Source: Candidatus Uhrbacteria bacterium
Lineage (GTDB): Bacteria > Patescibacteriota > Patescibacteriia > UBA9934 > GWF2-40-263
Direction: 5' to 3'
Assembly (NCBI GenBank): GCA_016209325.1
Contig: JACQWJ010000036.1
Span: 1-51,529, forward strand
Length of the DNA stretch: 51,529 nucleotides
A model generated the notes under the pieces. It worked only from the letters and a program-made list of their open reading frames with translations. It had not been told where the DNA came from and ran no database searches. The position numbers and the translations under genes are program-made. Shown here piece by piece: positions 35,969 through 45,651 of this stretch; the first letter of the stretch is position 1; every line of letters begins with the position of its first letter.

Positions 35969-37231
35969 ATGTCTGAACGTCCGTTTCACGAGACGATGCT
36001 GGAAATACTGAATGTCGAAAAAAGCGAACGGCGACTTCAGGATCTTTTTCTTAAGAGCGAGTCGATTACCGAAGTCCAGCTGGAGGTCTTTGTCGACGGA
36101 TTGGAAAAAGAAATGCGCGAGCAAATTTCCTCTATCGCCTCGGAGGACGAGCGCATTTCCGTTGTTCTGACCCTTTTGCAACGGAAGACCGTGGTTGACC
36201 CACGAGCCGTCATTCGTTCCATCAAGGAGCGCGGCGGCTTTGCCAAGGTCGCGCAGGAAGAAGACGATGGCGAGGTGGAACTAGACATCAGGACGAGGAA
36301 CCAGAACGGAGGCGTGCAGCGAGAGTATCTGTGGACCGACGATGCTGATGTCGAGGTGGCAGTTCAGCAGCTTCAACGAGGTATCCTAACCAAGCTACGC
36401 CACCGGTTCCGCCAGGAAGTCTGGGAGGACCGAATGGCTCTCCATGCCCTTTCCCACATCATTAAGGTCGGGGAGGTCTTCAAGCTCCTCGGGGGAGATG
36501 TCATGAAGATCACCCCCGAATGGATGGCACCCTACGTGCAAGCCAATCACCGCGCTTTGAAGAGACTGTACACGCTTCCAGAACGCAGTCCCTACGTTTC
36601 CTATGCCCTTCTCGAACGTGAGGTGGGCGAGGTTGATGGGGTTATTGAAGCATTCGAGATTCAACGGAACTTGAATTTCGACACCTTAGACGCCTTGCTT
36701 TACGACCAGGCGGGGCCCCCTTCTCTTGTCAAAACGGTTGGGTACGTTTTTGACTACGTCCGAGGCCTCGTGTTTCTGTTTGAGCGCGGGTTTGCGTTGA
36801 CCGACAATACGTTGGACAACATCGGGGTAAGCCGCGAAAATGGAACGGGTTTTGTGTTCGATTTCGGTGCGCTGTTTCAAGCCGCCGACGCCGTTCCCGC
36901 CTTCATCACCAAAAAAGACTATGGCGCACCTGAAGTGAGACAGAATAGGCTGCATCCAGCTTCAGAGGCAGGCGTCGCTTATGAGATAGGTGCATGCCTG
37001 CATTTTATTCACGCCGCCTACAGCGATCTTTCCCTACCATTTTCTGAGCGCATGGTTCTGCGCCTCGTTTCCGTGTTGGCGCACGACCTTACCGAAGAGA
37101 AGCCACAATTCCGTCTTCCTCTTTTCAAAGTATTGCAAAACCTGGAATATATCTGCCAAGAGATCAAGCGTGTCGGATTGGATGCGGATATGGCGCAATC
37201 GACGTCCACGGCGGGTAAAAAGGTTGCATAA
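35969..37231 (+). CDS. Protein kinase-like fold protein
   Basis: LTDNTLDNI catalytic loop, FDFG, YGAPE; start MSERPF. Confidence 0.65.
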   Translation: MSERPFHETMLEILNVEKSERRLQDLFLKSESITEVQLEVFVDGLEKEMREQISSIASEDERISVVLTLLQRKTVVDPRAVIRSIKERGGFAKVAQEEDDGEVELDIRTRNQNGGVQREYLWTDDADVEVAVQQLQRGILTKLRHRFRQEVWEDRMALHALSHIIKVGEVFKLLGGDVMKITPEWMAPYVQANHRALKRLYTLPERSPYVSYALLEREVGEVDGVIEAFEIQRNLNFDTLDALLYDQAGPPSLVKTVGYVFDYVRGLVFLFERGFALTDNTLDNIGVSRENGTGFVFDFGALFQAADAVPAFITKKDYGAPEVRQNRLHPASEAGVAYEIGACLHFIHAAYSDLSLPFSERMVLRLVSVLAHDLTEEKPQFRLPLFKVLQNLEYICQEIKRVGLDADMAQSTSTAGKKVA

Positions 37232-37297
37232 GTCCCCGTGTCTCCCTTATTTCGACCGTCCAGACCCGCATCTTGCGCATTCCTCCACATTCATACC

Positions 37298-37326
37298 AAA
37301 AACCACCGGAGCGATCCGGTGGTTTT
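37298..37326. terminator. Bidirectional terminator
   Basis: AAAACCACCGGA-gcga-TCCGGTGGTTTT. Confidence 0.75.
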
Positions 37327-37338
37327 ATGATTCAAGGA

Positions 37339-37822
37339 TTACTCGTAATACACCCCGCTGCTGTCCTCGCTCCAACCCTTCATGTGCAAGACCCAGGACG
37401 GGTTCGTTGCAACGGTCTTAAATGCGCCCGTCTTCAGGTCGAGAACGTACACGGCGCCATGTTCGTTGTCCGGGCCGACGACACTCACGAACGCGAGGAG
37501 TGAAGCGTCATCCGGGGAAAACGTGAAGGCACCGATTTGTGGCTCCTCCACGGCATTTGGAACGGTCCATTGCGTCGGAGACGCGGATCATGCTGCACAA
37601 ACGGGAGTTGTGCAACAAAGCCGTCCCAAAGCGTTCAATGGTCGGCTCGATGACGGAAAAAAATTCGAACGGTCCTCCGGGAGAATTGATGTGCACCCTG
37701 CAGGGCCCGCCAGTCTCTTGCAGCGCCATCAACAATTTCGCCATGCCGTCTCTGTTGATTCATCCGGAAAAATCGATAAGCCGCACGTCGTCCTCCTTGT
37801 TCTGCGATTCTTCTATGGAACA
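37339..37822 (-). pseudogene. Juxtaposed gene fragments: ClpP-like piece and beta-propeller C-terminal piece
   Basis: IDFSG*INRDGMAKLL..RVHINSPGG (in-frame stop); FTFSPDD..VYVLDLKTG..GWSEDS. Confidence 0.45.
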
Positions 37823-37825
37823 TGC

Positions 37826-37930
37826 CTATAGATCGCACACTATGAAACGGGACTACTCAACTATTCCCTGAGCCTGTCGAAGGGGCGAAATAGGGACGAG
37901 AAGTCCACTTTCATAATGTGACCACTATAG
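37826..37930. mobile_element. 105-bp MITE sharing TIRs with the IS630-like remnant
   Basis: CTATAGATCGCACACTATGAAACGGGACT ... AGTCCACTTTCATAATGTGACCACTATAG; internal CCCTGAGCCTGTCGAAGGG. Confidence 0.75.
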
Positions 37931-38009
37931 ATGGTAGTAAAAGCGCCAACACAGACGTAGAAAAGTATCATTCGGAGGGGTCACACGTCAACCGCATCGG
38001 TCCTATGGC

Positions 38010-39461
38010 CTACAATGCCGCGAGGTCGAGGGTCTGGTCGAAACGGATCTGGTGGACGAAGTCCTCGGCGTGGCTGACCACGATGAGCGCGCCCTCGTAG
38101 GCGTTGAGCGCCCGGGCGATGACAGGCAGGTGGCGGAAGTTGATGTGGTTCGTGGGCTCGTCGAAGATGAGGAGGCTGGGCGCCTGGAGCACAAAGCGTG
38201 CGAAACACAGGAGGCCCTTCTGACCCTCGGACAGGGTGCCAACCTCGGTGCGGAGCGCGTCGCTGTCGAGCAGGAACTGCGCCGCCGTGCGGCGGACCGT
38301 CTCGTTGTCGGGTACCTCCATGGCGGACTCGAGCGCCTGGTAGGCCGACTGCCCGAAGTCGAGGCCGGAGAAGTCCTGCCGGTAGTAGCCGACCTTCACC
38401 TCCGCGGCAATCTTGGCTCCGGGATCTGATCCCCCTGCCAGGGTCCGAAGCAAGGTGCTTTTTCCAATGCCGTTTGGCCCTGCCACGAGGAGGTGCTGAC
38501 CCTTACGGAGCTTGATGTCGACTTCGACGTGCCTGGCTTCGTGGTTCTTGATGACCTTGAGCGAACTCAGACTAACAATGACCTCGGAAAAAGGCTGGGC
38601 AGGAATGACGAAGTCCTTAATGGTCCGGTCGTCACGCTTCACGTCCACCATGTTGTCCTCGGCGTCTGCGACCTGTTCGCGGAGCTTGGCCGCGAGCTTG
38701 CGCATTTTGCCTCCTTTGTGCGCGAAGAAGTTGACCTTGTCCTTGCGGTCCTGGATGCTCTTCAGGAGCTGGGCATTCTTGGCACGGTCACGTTCCACGC
38801 GGGCGGCAATCTCGCGCACCACGTCGTCGTAGTTGCCGTCGTATTTTTCCACCTTGCCCGTGAACACGTCGAGGTGCAACACGCCCTCGGTGAACGCGTT
38901 TAAGAAGTCCGCGTCATGGGAGATGACGAGCACCGTCTTCGGGTACATGATGAGGAACGCGGTCAGGTGGTCGATACCGTCGCGGTCGAGGTTGTTCGTC
39001 GGCTCATCGAGGAGCAGGATGTCGGGCTCCTGAATGAGGGCGTATGCCAAAAGGAGGCGCGCTTGTTGGCCGCCCGAAAACGCGCCCACCTTCTTGTCGA
39101 GGGGGGCGGAGAGATTCACGACATCCAGGACGTCCTTGATGCGCTTGTCGAGGTCGTACGCCACATCAGGAAACGCGTGCGCGAAGTAGTCCCGGATGGT
39201 TTCCTCGAGGTGCTCACGGGACATGACCTGCTTGGCCGTGGCGATCGTCGTCTTGAGGGGTAGGTGGATTTTTCCTTCGTCGGGCTTCAGCTCGCCCGTG
39301 ATCAGCTTGAAGATGGTACTCTTCCCCGCCCCGTTCTGGCCCATGACCGTGAACTTGGTGTTCTCACGCATCGAAAAGTCGGTCTCGTCGAGGATGGGAT
39401 TGTCCTCGCCATAACCGAACGACACGCCTTCGAACCGAATGACGGTATTGCCGTGTTCCAT
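38010..39461 (-). CDS. ABC-F family ATP-binding protein
   Basis: Two NBDs (GQNGAGKST/FSGGQ/LLDEPTNNLD; GPNGIGKST/LSEGQ/DEPTNH), no TM. Confidence 0.93.
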   Translation of the reverse strand: MEHGNTVIRFEGVSFGYGEDNPILDETDFSMRENTKFTVMGQNGAGKSTIFKLITGELKPDEGKIHLPLKTTIATAKQVMSREHLEETIRDYFAHAFPDVAYDLDKRIKDVLDVVNLSAPLDKKVGAFSGGQQARLLLAYALIQEPDILLLDEPTNNLDRDGIDHLTAFLIMYPKTVLVISHDADFLNAFTEGVLHLDVFTGKVEKYDGNYDDVVREIAARVERDRAKNAQLLKSIQDRKDKVNFFAHKGGKMRKLAAKLREQVADAEDNMVDVKRDDRTIKDFVIPAQPFSEVIVSLSSLKVIKNHEARHVEVDIKLRKGQHLLVAGPNGIGKSTLLRTLAGGSDPGAKIAAEVKVGYYRQDFSGLDFGQSAYQALESAMEVPDNETVRRTAAQFLLDSDALRTEVGTLSEGQKGLLCFARFVLQAPSLLIFDEPTNHINFRHLPVIARALNAYEGALIVVSHAEDFVHQIRFDQTLDLAAL

Positions 39462-39521
39462 AGTACGGGCACGAGTAAACCAGAAAAATGATGAACGTGC
39501 AAGGATGTCAGGCAAATACCA

Positions 39522-39546
39522 AAGGACCACCGCGCGCGGTGGTCCT
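39522..39546 (-). terminator. Terminator-like hairpin after CxxC-x17-CxxC gene
   Basis: AGGACCACCG-cgcg-CGGTGGTCCT then TT. Confidence 0.6.
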
Positions 39547-39557
39547 GTCTTTCTCGT

Positions 39558-40256
39558 CTACTTCTTTTTTCCCGCCGCCTTTTTCTTGACTTCCTTCTTC
39601 GGGGCCGCGGTCTTGGCTTTCAGTGCCTTCTCTTCGGGAGCGACCGGCTTCTTTTCTTCCTTCTTCAGTTCCTTGACGATGGGTTTCTCCTCCTTCACGG
39701 GCGCCTTCTCTTCTTTTTTGTAAGGCGCTGCCGTGGATCCGGCCGGAGCCAGCGCCTTCAGGAGCGCGTCAAACTTGGCGTTTAGTGCCTTCAGTTGTTC
39801 GGCAACTTGTGAGTCGACCCGTGAGTCGACGCCTCCCCGGTTCTGAGTGGGGCCTCCGCTTGCGCCAAAGCACTGGCGGCAATAGACTGGCTTCTCGCCC
39901 GTGGGCTTGAAGGGTACCTCGCACTGGGTGCCGCACTTGGCGCAGGTCACGTTGTACATCCGCTTGTCGTCAAACGAGAACTTTTCCGGGCGAGAATCCC
40001 GGAATCCTCCCGATCCGCCTCCGCCCTCCTCGTCCTTGCGGAAGCAGTTGGGGCAGAACACCGGCCGTCCGGGAGCCGGTTTGAACGGAACCTCGCAGGA
40101 GTTCCCACATTCGCTGCAGGTCGCCTGATGCATGGGCGGGCGTTCCCCGTCCCGTCCGCCGGGTCCGCGTCCCCACGAGCCACCTCCCCCTCCGCCTCCG
40201 AACTTCCGGCCGCCCCCGAATCCTCCGGAGCCGCCGCCACGATTTCCGTACGCCAT
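39558..40256 (-). CDS. CxxC-x17-CxxC domain protein (two zinc ribbons, Gly-rich N-terminus, Lys-rich tail)
   Basis: CSECG..CEVPFKP..RPVFCPNCF and CAKCG..CEVPFKP..KPVYCRQCF. Confidence 0.92.
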   Translation of the reverse strand: MAYGNRGGGSGGFGGGRKFGGGGGGGSWGRGPGGRDGERPPMHQATCSECGNSCEVPFKPAPGRPVFCPNCFRKDEEGGGGSGGFRDSRPEKFSFDDKRMYNVTCAKCGTQCEVPFKPTGEKPVYCRQCFGASGGPTQNRGGVDSRVDSQVAEQLKALNAKFDALLKALAPAGSTAAPYKKEEKAPVKEEKPIVKELKKEEKKPVAPEEKALKAKTAAPKKEVKKKAAGKKK

Positions 40257-40600
40257 AATGTAATGTTGTCCGCGCGTTGCGCATTTTTATTTAGAACTGC
40301 TGGAGTCTACTCCCGTTCGTGAAAAAAAGCAATAGACAACCCCTCGTTCTTGCGAGGGACACGGATTCGGTCTTCTGGCATAGATCGAATCCGTCGAGTA
40401 TCATCATTACCTTAGGTATTCCTTGAACACTCATATGGGTTCTCACTTTTACCAACACCTCCCTGTCCGAACGGGCGCCTTAAAAGATCTTCTACGCATG
40501 AATTAAATTCCTCAACTGTGGTAGACTGTAAGCAGGAATTAAAGAATCAAACCACAAGAGGAATAAGGATGTTATTTGTGGAAGGTGCCTCAGGGACGAC

Positions 40601-40864
40601 ATGACGAACAAAGCGAGGAAGCTCGCAGAGACGCTGAAAAAGACACGGGCGGACATCCAGGCGAGCGTGCAGCGTGTGTTCGGACGTGTGGCCGAGGACC
40701 TCGAGACCGCCTACCTCGAAGTAAGCGGCGAGCTCGCAGCCCGTGTGGACGACCTGAAGTCCCGCGCCGAGCTAACAAAAGAGAAGTACGGCGAAACCGT
40801 GGCACAGATCGTGGATGACTTTTCGAAGCTCCGCGGATGGAGCAAGAACAGGCTGCAAAGCTGA
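40601..40864 (+). pseudogene. Helical hypothetical protein, probably frameshifted/degraded
   Basis: Amphipathic helical ORF that appears to continue (EQAAKLKEDL) in another frame after 40845. Confidence 0.4.
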
Positions 40865-40993
40865 AGGAGGACCTGACGGTCGGACTGGAAGGACTTCGAG
40901 AATACGCACGACAAACAGGAACAGGATCCACACCATGGTCACCAACACTAGCCACCCATCCCCCGCACCACGGGGGATTTCGTTTCAACCCGT

Positions 40994-41968
40994 ATGAAAC
41001 CGACGTCCGTCTTCGACACCTACTGGAAATTCGCCGCCGAACGCCAGGCGATCTTTTTTCGCAAACTCGAAGGGCGGCCGGGACCGTGGACAGACGATCC
41101 CATCTTACGGGCACACAAGTTCACGAACGCCTACCGAGCGGCGGATCGTGTGAGTCAGTATCTGATCCGACGCGTCATCTACGCGGGCGACCAAGCACCG
41201 CGGGAAGTCTTTTTTCGTACCGTCCTGTTCCGTCTCTTCAACAAGATCGAGACCTGGGAACTGCTGCGGTCAACACTCGGAGAGATACGTAGTGACACCT
41301 ACCAGTTCGCGCAGTACGCGAACGTTGTCGAACAAGCGATGCGCAACGGAACCAAAATATACTCGGCCGCCTACATCATGCCAGCGCGTGCCCAGGACCT
41401 CCGTTCAAGCCGTAAGCACGAAAACCACCTGCGCCTTTTGGAGCGCATGATGCGCGAACGGATCGCGGAACGCGTCATGGAAGCACCAAACCTCCGCGAT
41501 GTCTTTCTCCTATTGCGCAGCCTTCCGATGCTGGGCGACTTTCTCGCGTACCAACTGGCGATCGACCTCAACTATGGCCCGCACGTCAACCATTCGGAAA
41601 TGGCATTTGTCGTACCAGGTCCCGGCGCGTACGGTGGCATCCGGAAATGCTTTTCGGATCTCGGAGGCTGTTCTGAAGCGGACGTGATCCGCTGCGTCTG
41701 CGAACGGCAGGAAGAAGAATTCAAAAAGCGCGGCCTACTCTTCCAAACCCTCTGGGGCCGCCCCCTCCAGCTCATCGACTGCCAGAACCTCTTCTGCGAA
41801 GTCAACAAGTACGCCCGCCTGGCGCATCCGGACATCCCCGACCCGATAGGTCGAACACGCATCAAGCAAAAATACCGCCCTATCTCGGAACCTATCGAGT
41901 ATTGGTTTCCGCCGAAGTGGAGGCTGAAGGCGAGTCAAACTGTTTCCAAAAAAATGGGCTCCGCATAA
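40994..41968 (+). CDS. aGPT-Pplase1 / amino acid:DNA transferase-like (HhH glycosylase-fold) DNA-hypermodification family protein
   Basis: FAAERQ.IF, PWTDDPIL..HKFTNAYR..DRVSQ, LFRLFNK.ETW, GDFLAYQ..IDL, GPGA..G, IDCQNLFCE..KY. Confidence 0.8.
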   Translation: MKPTSVFDTYWKFAAERQAIFFRKLEGRPGPWTDDPILRAHKFTNAYRAADRVSQYLIRRVIYAGDQAPREVFFRTVLFRLFNKIETWELLRSTLGEIRSDTYQFAQYANVVEQAMRNGTKIYSAAYIMPARAQDLRSSRKHENHLRLLERMMRERIAERVMEAPNLRDVFLLLRSLPMLGDFLAYQLAIDLNYGPHVNHSEMAFVVPGPGAYGGIRKCFSDLGGCSEADVIRCVCERQEEEFKKRGLLFQTLWGRPLQLIDCQNLFCEVNKYARLAHPDIPDPIGRTRIKQKYRPISEPIEYWFPPKWRLKASQTVSKKMGSA

Positions 41969-41985
41969 TCTTCCACAAAAATCTG

Positions 41986-42441
41986 CTACGCGGTCGGCGT
42001 AAACAGGTCGGCCGCCTCGTCTTTCGCCTTCGAAGCGCGTGCGCGGCGGGGAGGGGCGGACGGCTCACGCGGCTTGGCGGCCAGGTACGCGGCGAGGAGA
42101 AGGGCCAGGAAGTTCCCAGACTCGAGAAGAACGGACGCGGTCGACAACTTGTCCTTCGGCTCTGACCCGTCGATGAGGGCGAAGACGGCCATGCCTACGG
42201 CGAAGTCCAGGGCGATCCAGATCAGAATCGGGCCGATACGCTGCGAAAGCGTCCGCGCGAAGCCGGGGCGGAAGTAGAGCCACCCGAACAGGAGGTAAAA
42301 AAACGGGGCGTTCAGGAGACCGACCAAAAGAAAAAAGTCGTTGAACTGCAAAACGGTCCACGCGATGACCGCGACGGCATTGGCCGCGTAGGAGGCGATG
42401 AAGGAGGCGAGCCAGAGGAAAAGAAGACGACGGATGTGCAT
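41986..42441 (-). CDS. Four-TM hypothetical membrane protein
   Basis: Hydrophobic segments; 151 aa. Confidence 0.7.
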   Translation of the reverse strand: MHIRRLLFLWLASFIASYAANAVAVIAWTVLQFNDFFLLVGLLNAPFFYLLFGWLYFRPGFARTLSQRIGPILIWIALDFAVGMAVFALIDGSEPKDKLSTASVLLESGNFLALLLAAYLAAKPREPSAPPRRARASKAKDEAADLFTPTA

Positions 42442-42451
42442 AGAATATCAG

Positions 42452-42574
42452 TAGGACTTACGCATTTGAGCCTAGTTCTAGGAGCAGGCGAGCACCGGAG
42501 TAAGCCGTACTTAGAGGTACGACGTCGAGGAGCGGAGCCTGCGACAACGAAATAGGCCAAAGGCGGAAGTCCTA
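42452..42574. mobile_element. 123-bp MITE-like palindromic element
   Basis: TAGGACTTACGCATTTG ... CAAAGGCGGAAGTCCTA inverted ends with TA; internal GCCTA/TAGGC, GCAGGC/GCCTGC, CGTAC/GTACG pairings. Confidence 0.7.
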
Positions 42575-42575
42575 A

Positions 42576-43733
42576 TCAGGAAAAAAGATCAAATAGGGCG
42601 TAGACCATCCCGCCCAAAAAGACGGCGACCAGCCCCCAGCTGACGACGTTTGGGACGTCGAGACAGGTGCGTGTGCGGCACACAGGACTCCTCTGGAGGC
42701 GCTCGTAGGTCAGAATGAGAAGGATCCCGACGCATCCGCCGAGCACGGCGCCGAGGAAGCCGATGAGGTGGATGAACTCGCGGGCGCCGAGGAGGAACGC
42801 GGCGGTCGGCACGGCGAGAGTGAGGAGCCAGGCCTTACGAAGCCCTATGCCGTAGTCGAAGCGAAACGTGCTTTGGAGCTGGATCGTGAGTTGGGAAAAA
42901 ATGGATGCGACCGTCAGAGAACCGAGCACGGCTCCGGCGATGGCAAACGTGCGCCCAAGAAGAGGGACCAGACCGTCGAACGCCTTCTCAGTCGTAAAGA
43001 TCCCGGTGGCGCCGACGACAGCGAATGCGAACGTGGCGTACAAGAAGATGATGATAGCCTGACCGACGACGAGCGCATGCGGCAGGCGTGATGCTTGTTT
43101 GCCGAGGATGTCCTTCATCTCGGGCACGACGCCGAGGCCGGACAGAGCAAAGACGATCACGCCGTACGGCACGAACCAGTGAGGGGTCGAGACGCGCGCA
43201 AGGTTTCCGAGATCGACGTAAGGCAGCGCGGCCAGACTCATGAACGCGAACAGGAACAGCAGGACGGCGACGATCGGCGTCTCAGCCTTGGACAGCTGGG
43301 AATTTCCCCGAAACGTCAGGAGACCGACTAGCACGACCAGGCCCAGATGGTACCAAACGACGGATCCGCCGAGGACGGGCCCGAGCAGAGTAAACAAAAA
43401 TTCGCCCCCCAGAATGACGTACGCCACCATGGCTCCCCACGTATAGGCCATGAACAGAACGGTCGCGATGCCTCCCCAGGGCGAACCGAGGTAGTGCTTC
43501 ACATATCCAGCGATCCGGTAACGTCCGGGCGTCTGCACAGCCACTTCGGCGTACATGAGCTGAAGAGCCAAGAGGAGTCCTCCGACAACCAAGAGCTCCA
43601 GCAATCCCAAAAGGTAGCCGCTCCGCGCAAAGGCGTAAGGGATGCCGAAGACGCCGACCCCGATGACGGAACCGACCATGGTGCCCACAGCGCGAAACCA
43701 CGGGATGTTGGGATGCGCCGGAATTTGTCGCAT
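42576..43733 (-). CDS. Amino-acid permease (aromatic amino acid / APC-type)
   Basis: GSVIGVGVFGIPYAF, YGVIVFAL.G..VVPE; ~11 TM. Confidence 0.88.
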   Translation of the reverse strand: MRQIPAHPNIPWFRAVGTMVGSVIGVGVFGIPYAFARSGYLLGLLELLVVGGLLLALQLMYAEVAVQTPGRYRIAGYVKHYLGSPWGGIATVLFMAYTWGAMVAYVILGGEFLFTLLGPVLGGSVVWYHLGLVVLVGLLTFRGNSQLSKAETPIVAVLLFLFAFMSLAALPYVDLGNLARVSTPHWFVPYGVIVFALSGLGVVPEMKDILGKQASRLPHALVVGQAIIIFLYATFAFAVVGATGIFTTEKAFDGLVPLLGRTFAIAGAVLGSLTVASIFSQLTIQLQSTFRFDYGIGLRKAWLLTLAVPTAAFLLGAREFIHLIGFLGAVLGGCVGILLILTYERLQRSPVCRTRTCLDVPNVVSWGLVAVFLGGMVYALFDLFS

Positions 43734-43783
43734 ATACAGCCCATTATAGCATTCTCTTGAATCCCACAGGAAGCCCGAGTAAG

Positions 43784-45247
43784 ATGAGCGAGCTTATGGC
43801 TGTTGAACGCATTCCTCCCCAAAACCTCGAGGCGGAACAATCGCTTCTCGGTAGCCTACTGATCGATCAGGAGGCCTTTTTCAAGGTAGCGGACGTTACC
43901 CGTTCGAACGACTTTTACCGCGACAGCCATCGGAAGGTATTCGAAGCCATGCTCGATCTCCACGCCAGGCACGAACCGATCGACATCCTGACGCTCGGCA
44001 ACCGTCTCGAGGAACTGGGACAGCTTCAACACATCGGAGGACGGGCGTATCTTGTGGAACTCGCCAACACGATTTCCACCGCAGGGAACGTGCTGCAATA
44101 TGCCTTGATCGTGCAAAAGAAAGCCACCCTCCGACGTCTGCTCACGGCGGCAGGCGACATCACGACCCTCGGCTACAATGAGGCCGAGGACATCGACGTG
44201 GTGCTCGACGAGGCTGAACGCAATCTGTTCGCCGTGTCCCAGCAGTTCCTCCGTAACAGTTTTATCGCGATCAAGAACGTGCTCGCGGACGCCTTCGAGC
44301 GCATCGACGAGCTTCACCAGGAGCGCGGCAAAATCCGCGGGGTGCCCACCGGCTATACCGAACTCGACAACTTGCTTGCTGGCCTTCAAAAATCCGACCT
44401 CGTGATCCTCGCCGCCCGCCCGTCGGTCGGAAAGACGAGTCTGGCCATGGATATCGCACGCAACGTCGCTGTGAAGTCAAAAATTCCGGTCGGTGTCTTT
44501 TCGCTCGAAATGTCCAAGGAACAGCTGGTCGACCGTATGATTTGCGCCGAAGCCGGCGTCGACATTTGGAAACTGCGCACCGGCCGCCTGTCAGACCGCG
44601 ACGACGACTTCCCACGGATCGGTCACGCGCTCGGAAAATTATCCGAAGCTCCAATTTTCATCGACGATTCCCCGACCTTGAACATTATGCAAATCCGCGC
44701 CAAAGCGCGTCGTCTGCAGGCAGAAAATGGTCTCGGTCTTATCATTGTTGACTATCTTCAACTCCTGGAAGGACGCATGCGGAGCAATGGAGACAATCGT
44801 GTCCAGGAAATCTCCGAGATCAGCCGCGGTTTGAAACAGGTGGCCCGCGAGTTAAATGTGCCCGTCCTCGCCTTGTCCCAGCTCTCGCGTGCCGTCGAAC
44901 AGAGTAAGCCCGCGATCCCCAAGCTCTCGCACCTGCGCGACTCAGGCTCCATCGAGCAGGACGCCGATGTCGTGCTCTTCATCTACCGCAAAGCCGCGGA
45001 CATGGGCTACCGCCAGGAGGAGCTCTCCCCCGAGGAAAAACACGTCGCCGAGATCCACATCGCCAAACACCGCAACGGTCCCACGGGTATGGTCCGCCTC
45101 TTCTTCGACGGCCAACGCACCACGTTTCGCAACCTCGAGACCCGCCGTGCCGCGATCCCGAACGCCCCACCCGGACCAATGCAACCCGGAGGACCTCCCC
45201 AACCACCACGGTCCGTGCCACCCCCGCCGGTGGATGCAATGACGTGA
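43784..45247 (+). CDS. dnaB: Replicative DNA helicase
   Basis: PPQNLEAEQSLLG, ARPSVGKT, DYLQL, LRDSGSIEQDAD, KHRNGP. Confidence 0.98.
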   Translation: MSELMAVERIPPQNLEAEQSLLGSLLIDQEAFFKVADVTRSNDFYRDSHRKVFEAMLDLHARHEPIDILTLGNRLEELGQLQHIGGRAYLVELANTISTAGNVLQYALIVQKKATLRRLLTAAGDITTLGYNEAEDIDVVLDEAERNLFAVSQQFLRNSFIAIKNVLADAFERIDELHQERGKIRGVPTGYTELDNLLAGLQKSDLVILAARPSVGKTSLAMDIARNVAVKSKIPVGVFSLEMSKEQLVDRMICAEAGVDIWKLRTGRLSDRDDDFPRIGHALGKLSEAPIFIDDSPTLNIMQIRAKARRLQAENGLGLIIVDYLQLLEGRMRSNGDNRVQEISEISRGLKQVARELNVPVLALSQLSRAVEQSKPAIPKLSHLRDSGSIEQDADVVLFIYRKAADMGYRQEELSPEEKHVAEIHIAKHRNGPTGMVRLFFDGQRTTFRNLETRRAAIPNAPPGPMQPGGPPQPPRSVPPPPVDAMT

Positions 45248-45296
45248 AGGGGTTAGCCCCTAATAACCTAATCCCTAACCCCCCACACACACGGAT

Positions 45297-45596
45297 ATGT
45301 TCAACAAAATCAAAGCCATCAAAGATCTGCGCGACCAGGCCAAGAAGATGCAAAACGAACTTTCCCAGATTTCCGCCGATGGTTCCGGCTCCTGGGGCAA
45401 GGTGAAGGTCACCCTCGACGGGAACCAGCAAGTGCTCTCGATCGAGATTGCCGACGAACTCCTGACCGACAAGGCGAAGCTCCAGGATGCACTCAAAGAA
45501 GCCTTCAACGACGCCGTCAAGAACATCCAGAAAAAGATGGCCCTGAAGATGAAGGACATGGGCGGCCTCGACGCGCTAAAGGGATTGGGAATGTGA
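45297..45596 (+). CDS. ybaB: YbaB/EbfC nucleoid-associated protein
   Basis: AKKMQ..L, GKVKVTLDG, AFNDA; upstream of recR. Confidence 0.93.
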   Translation: MFNKIKAIKDLRDQAKKMQNELSQISADGSGSWGKVKVTLDGNQQVLSIEIADELLTDKAKLQDALKEAFNDAVKNIQKKMALKMKDMGGLDALKGLGM

Positions 45597-45651
45597 TCGT
45601 GGAGGGATTAGGGGCTAACCCCTAATCCCCAACACCCCTACCCCTACGGAC

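Noticed and set aside
31000..37930. tRNA-anchored integrative island or prophage
   Set aside because: No integrase, no duplicated tRNA 3' end, and no phage structural genes are visible.
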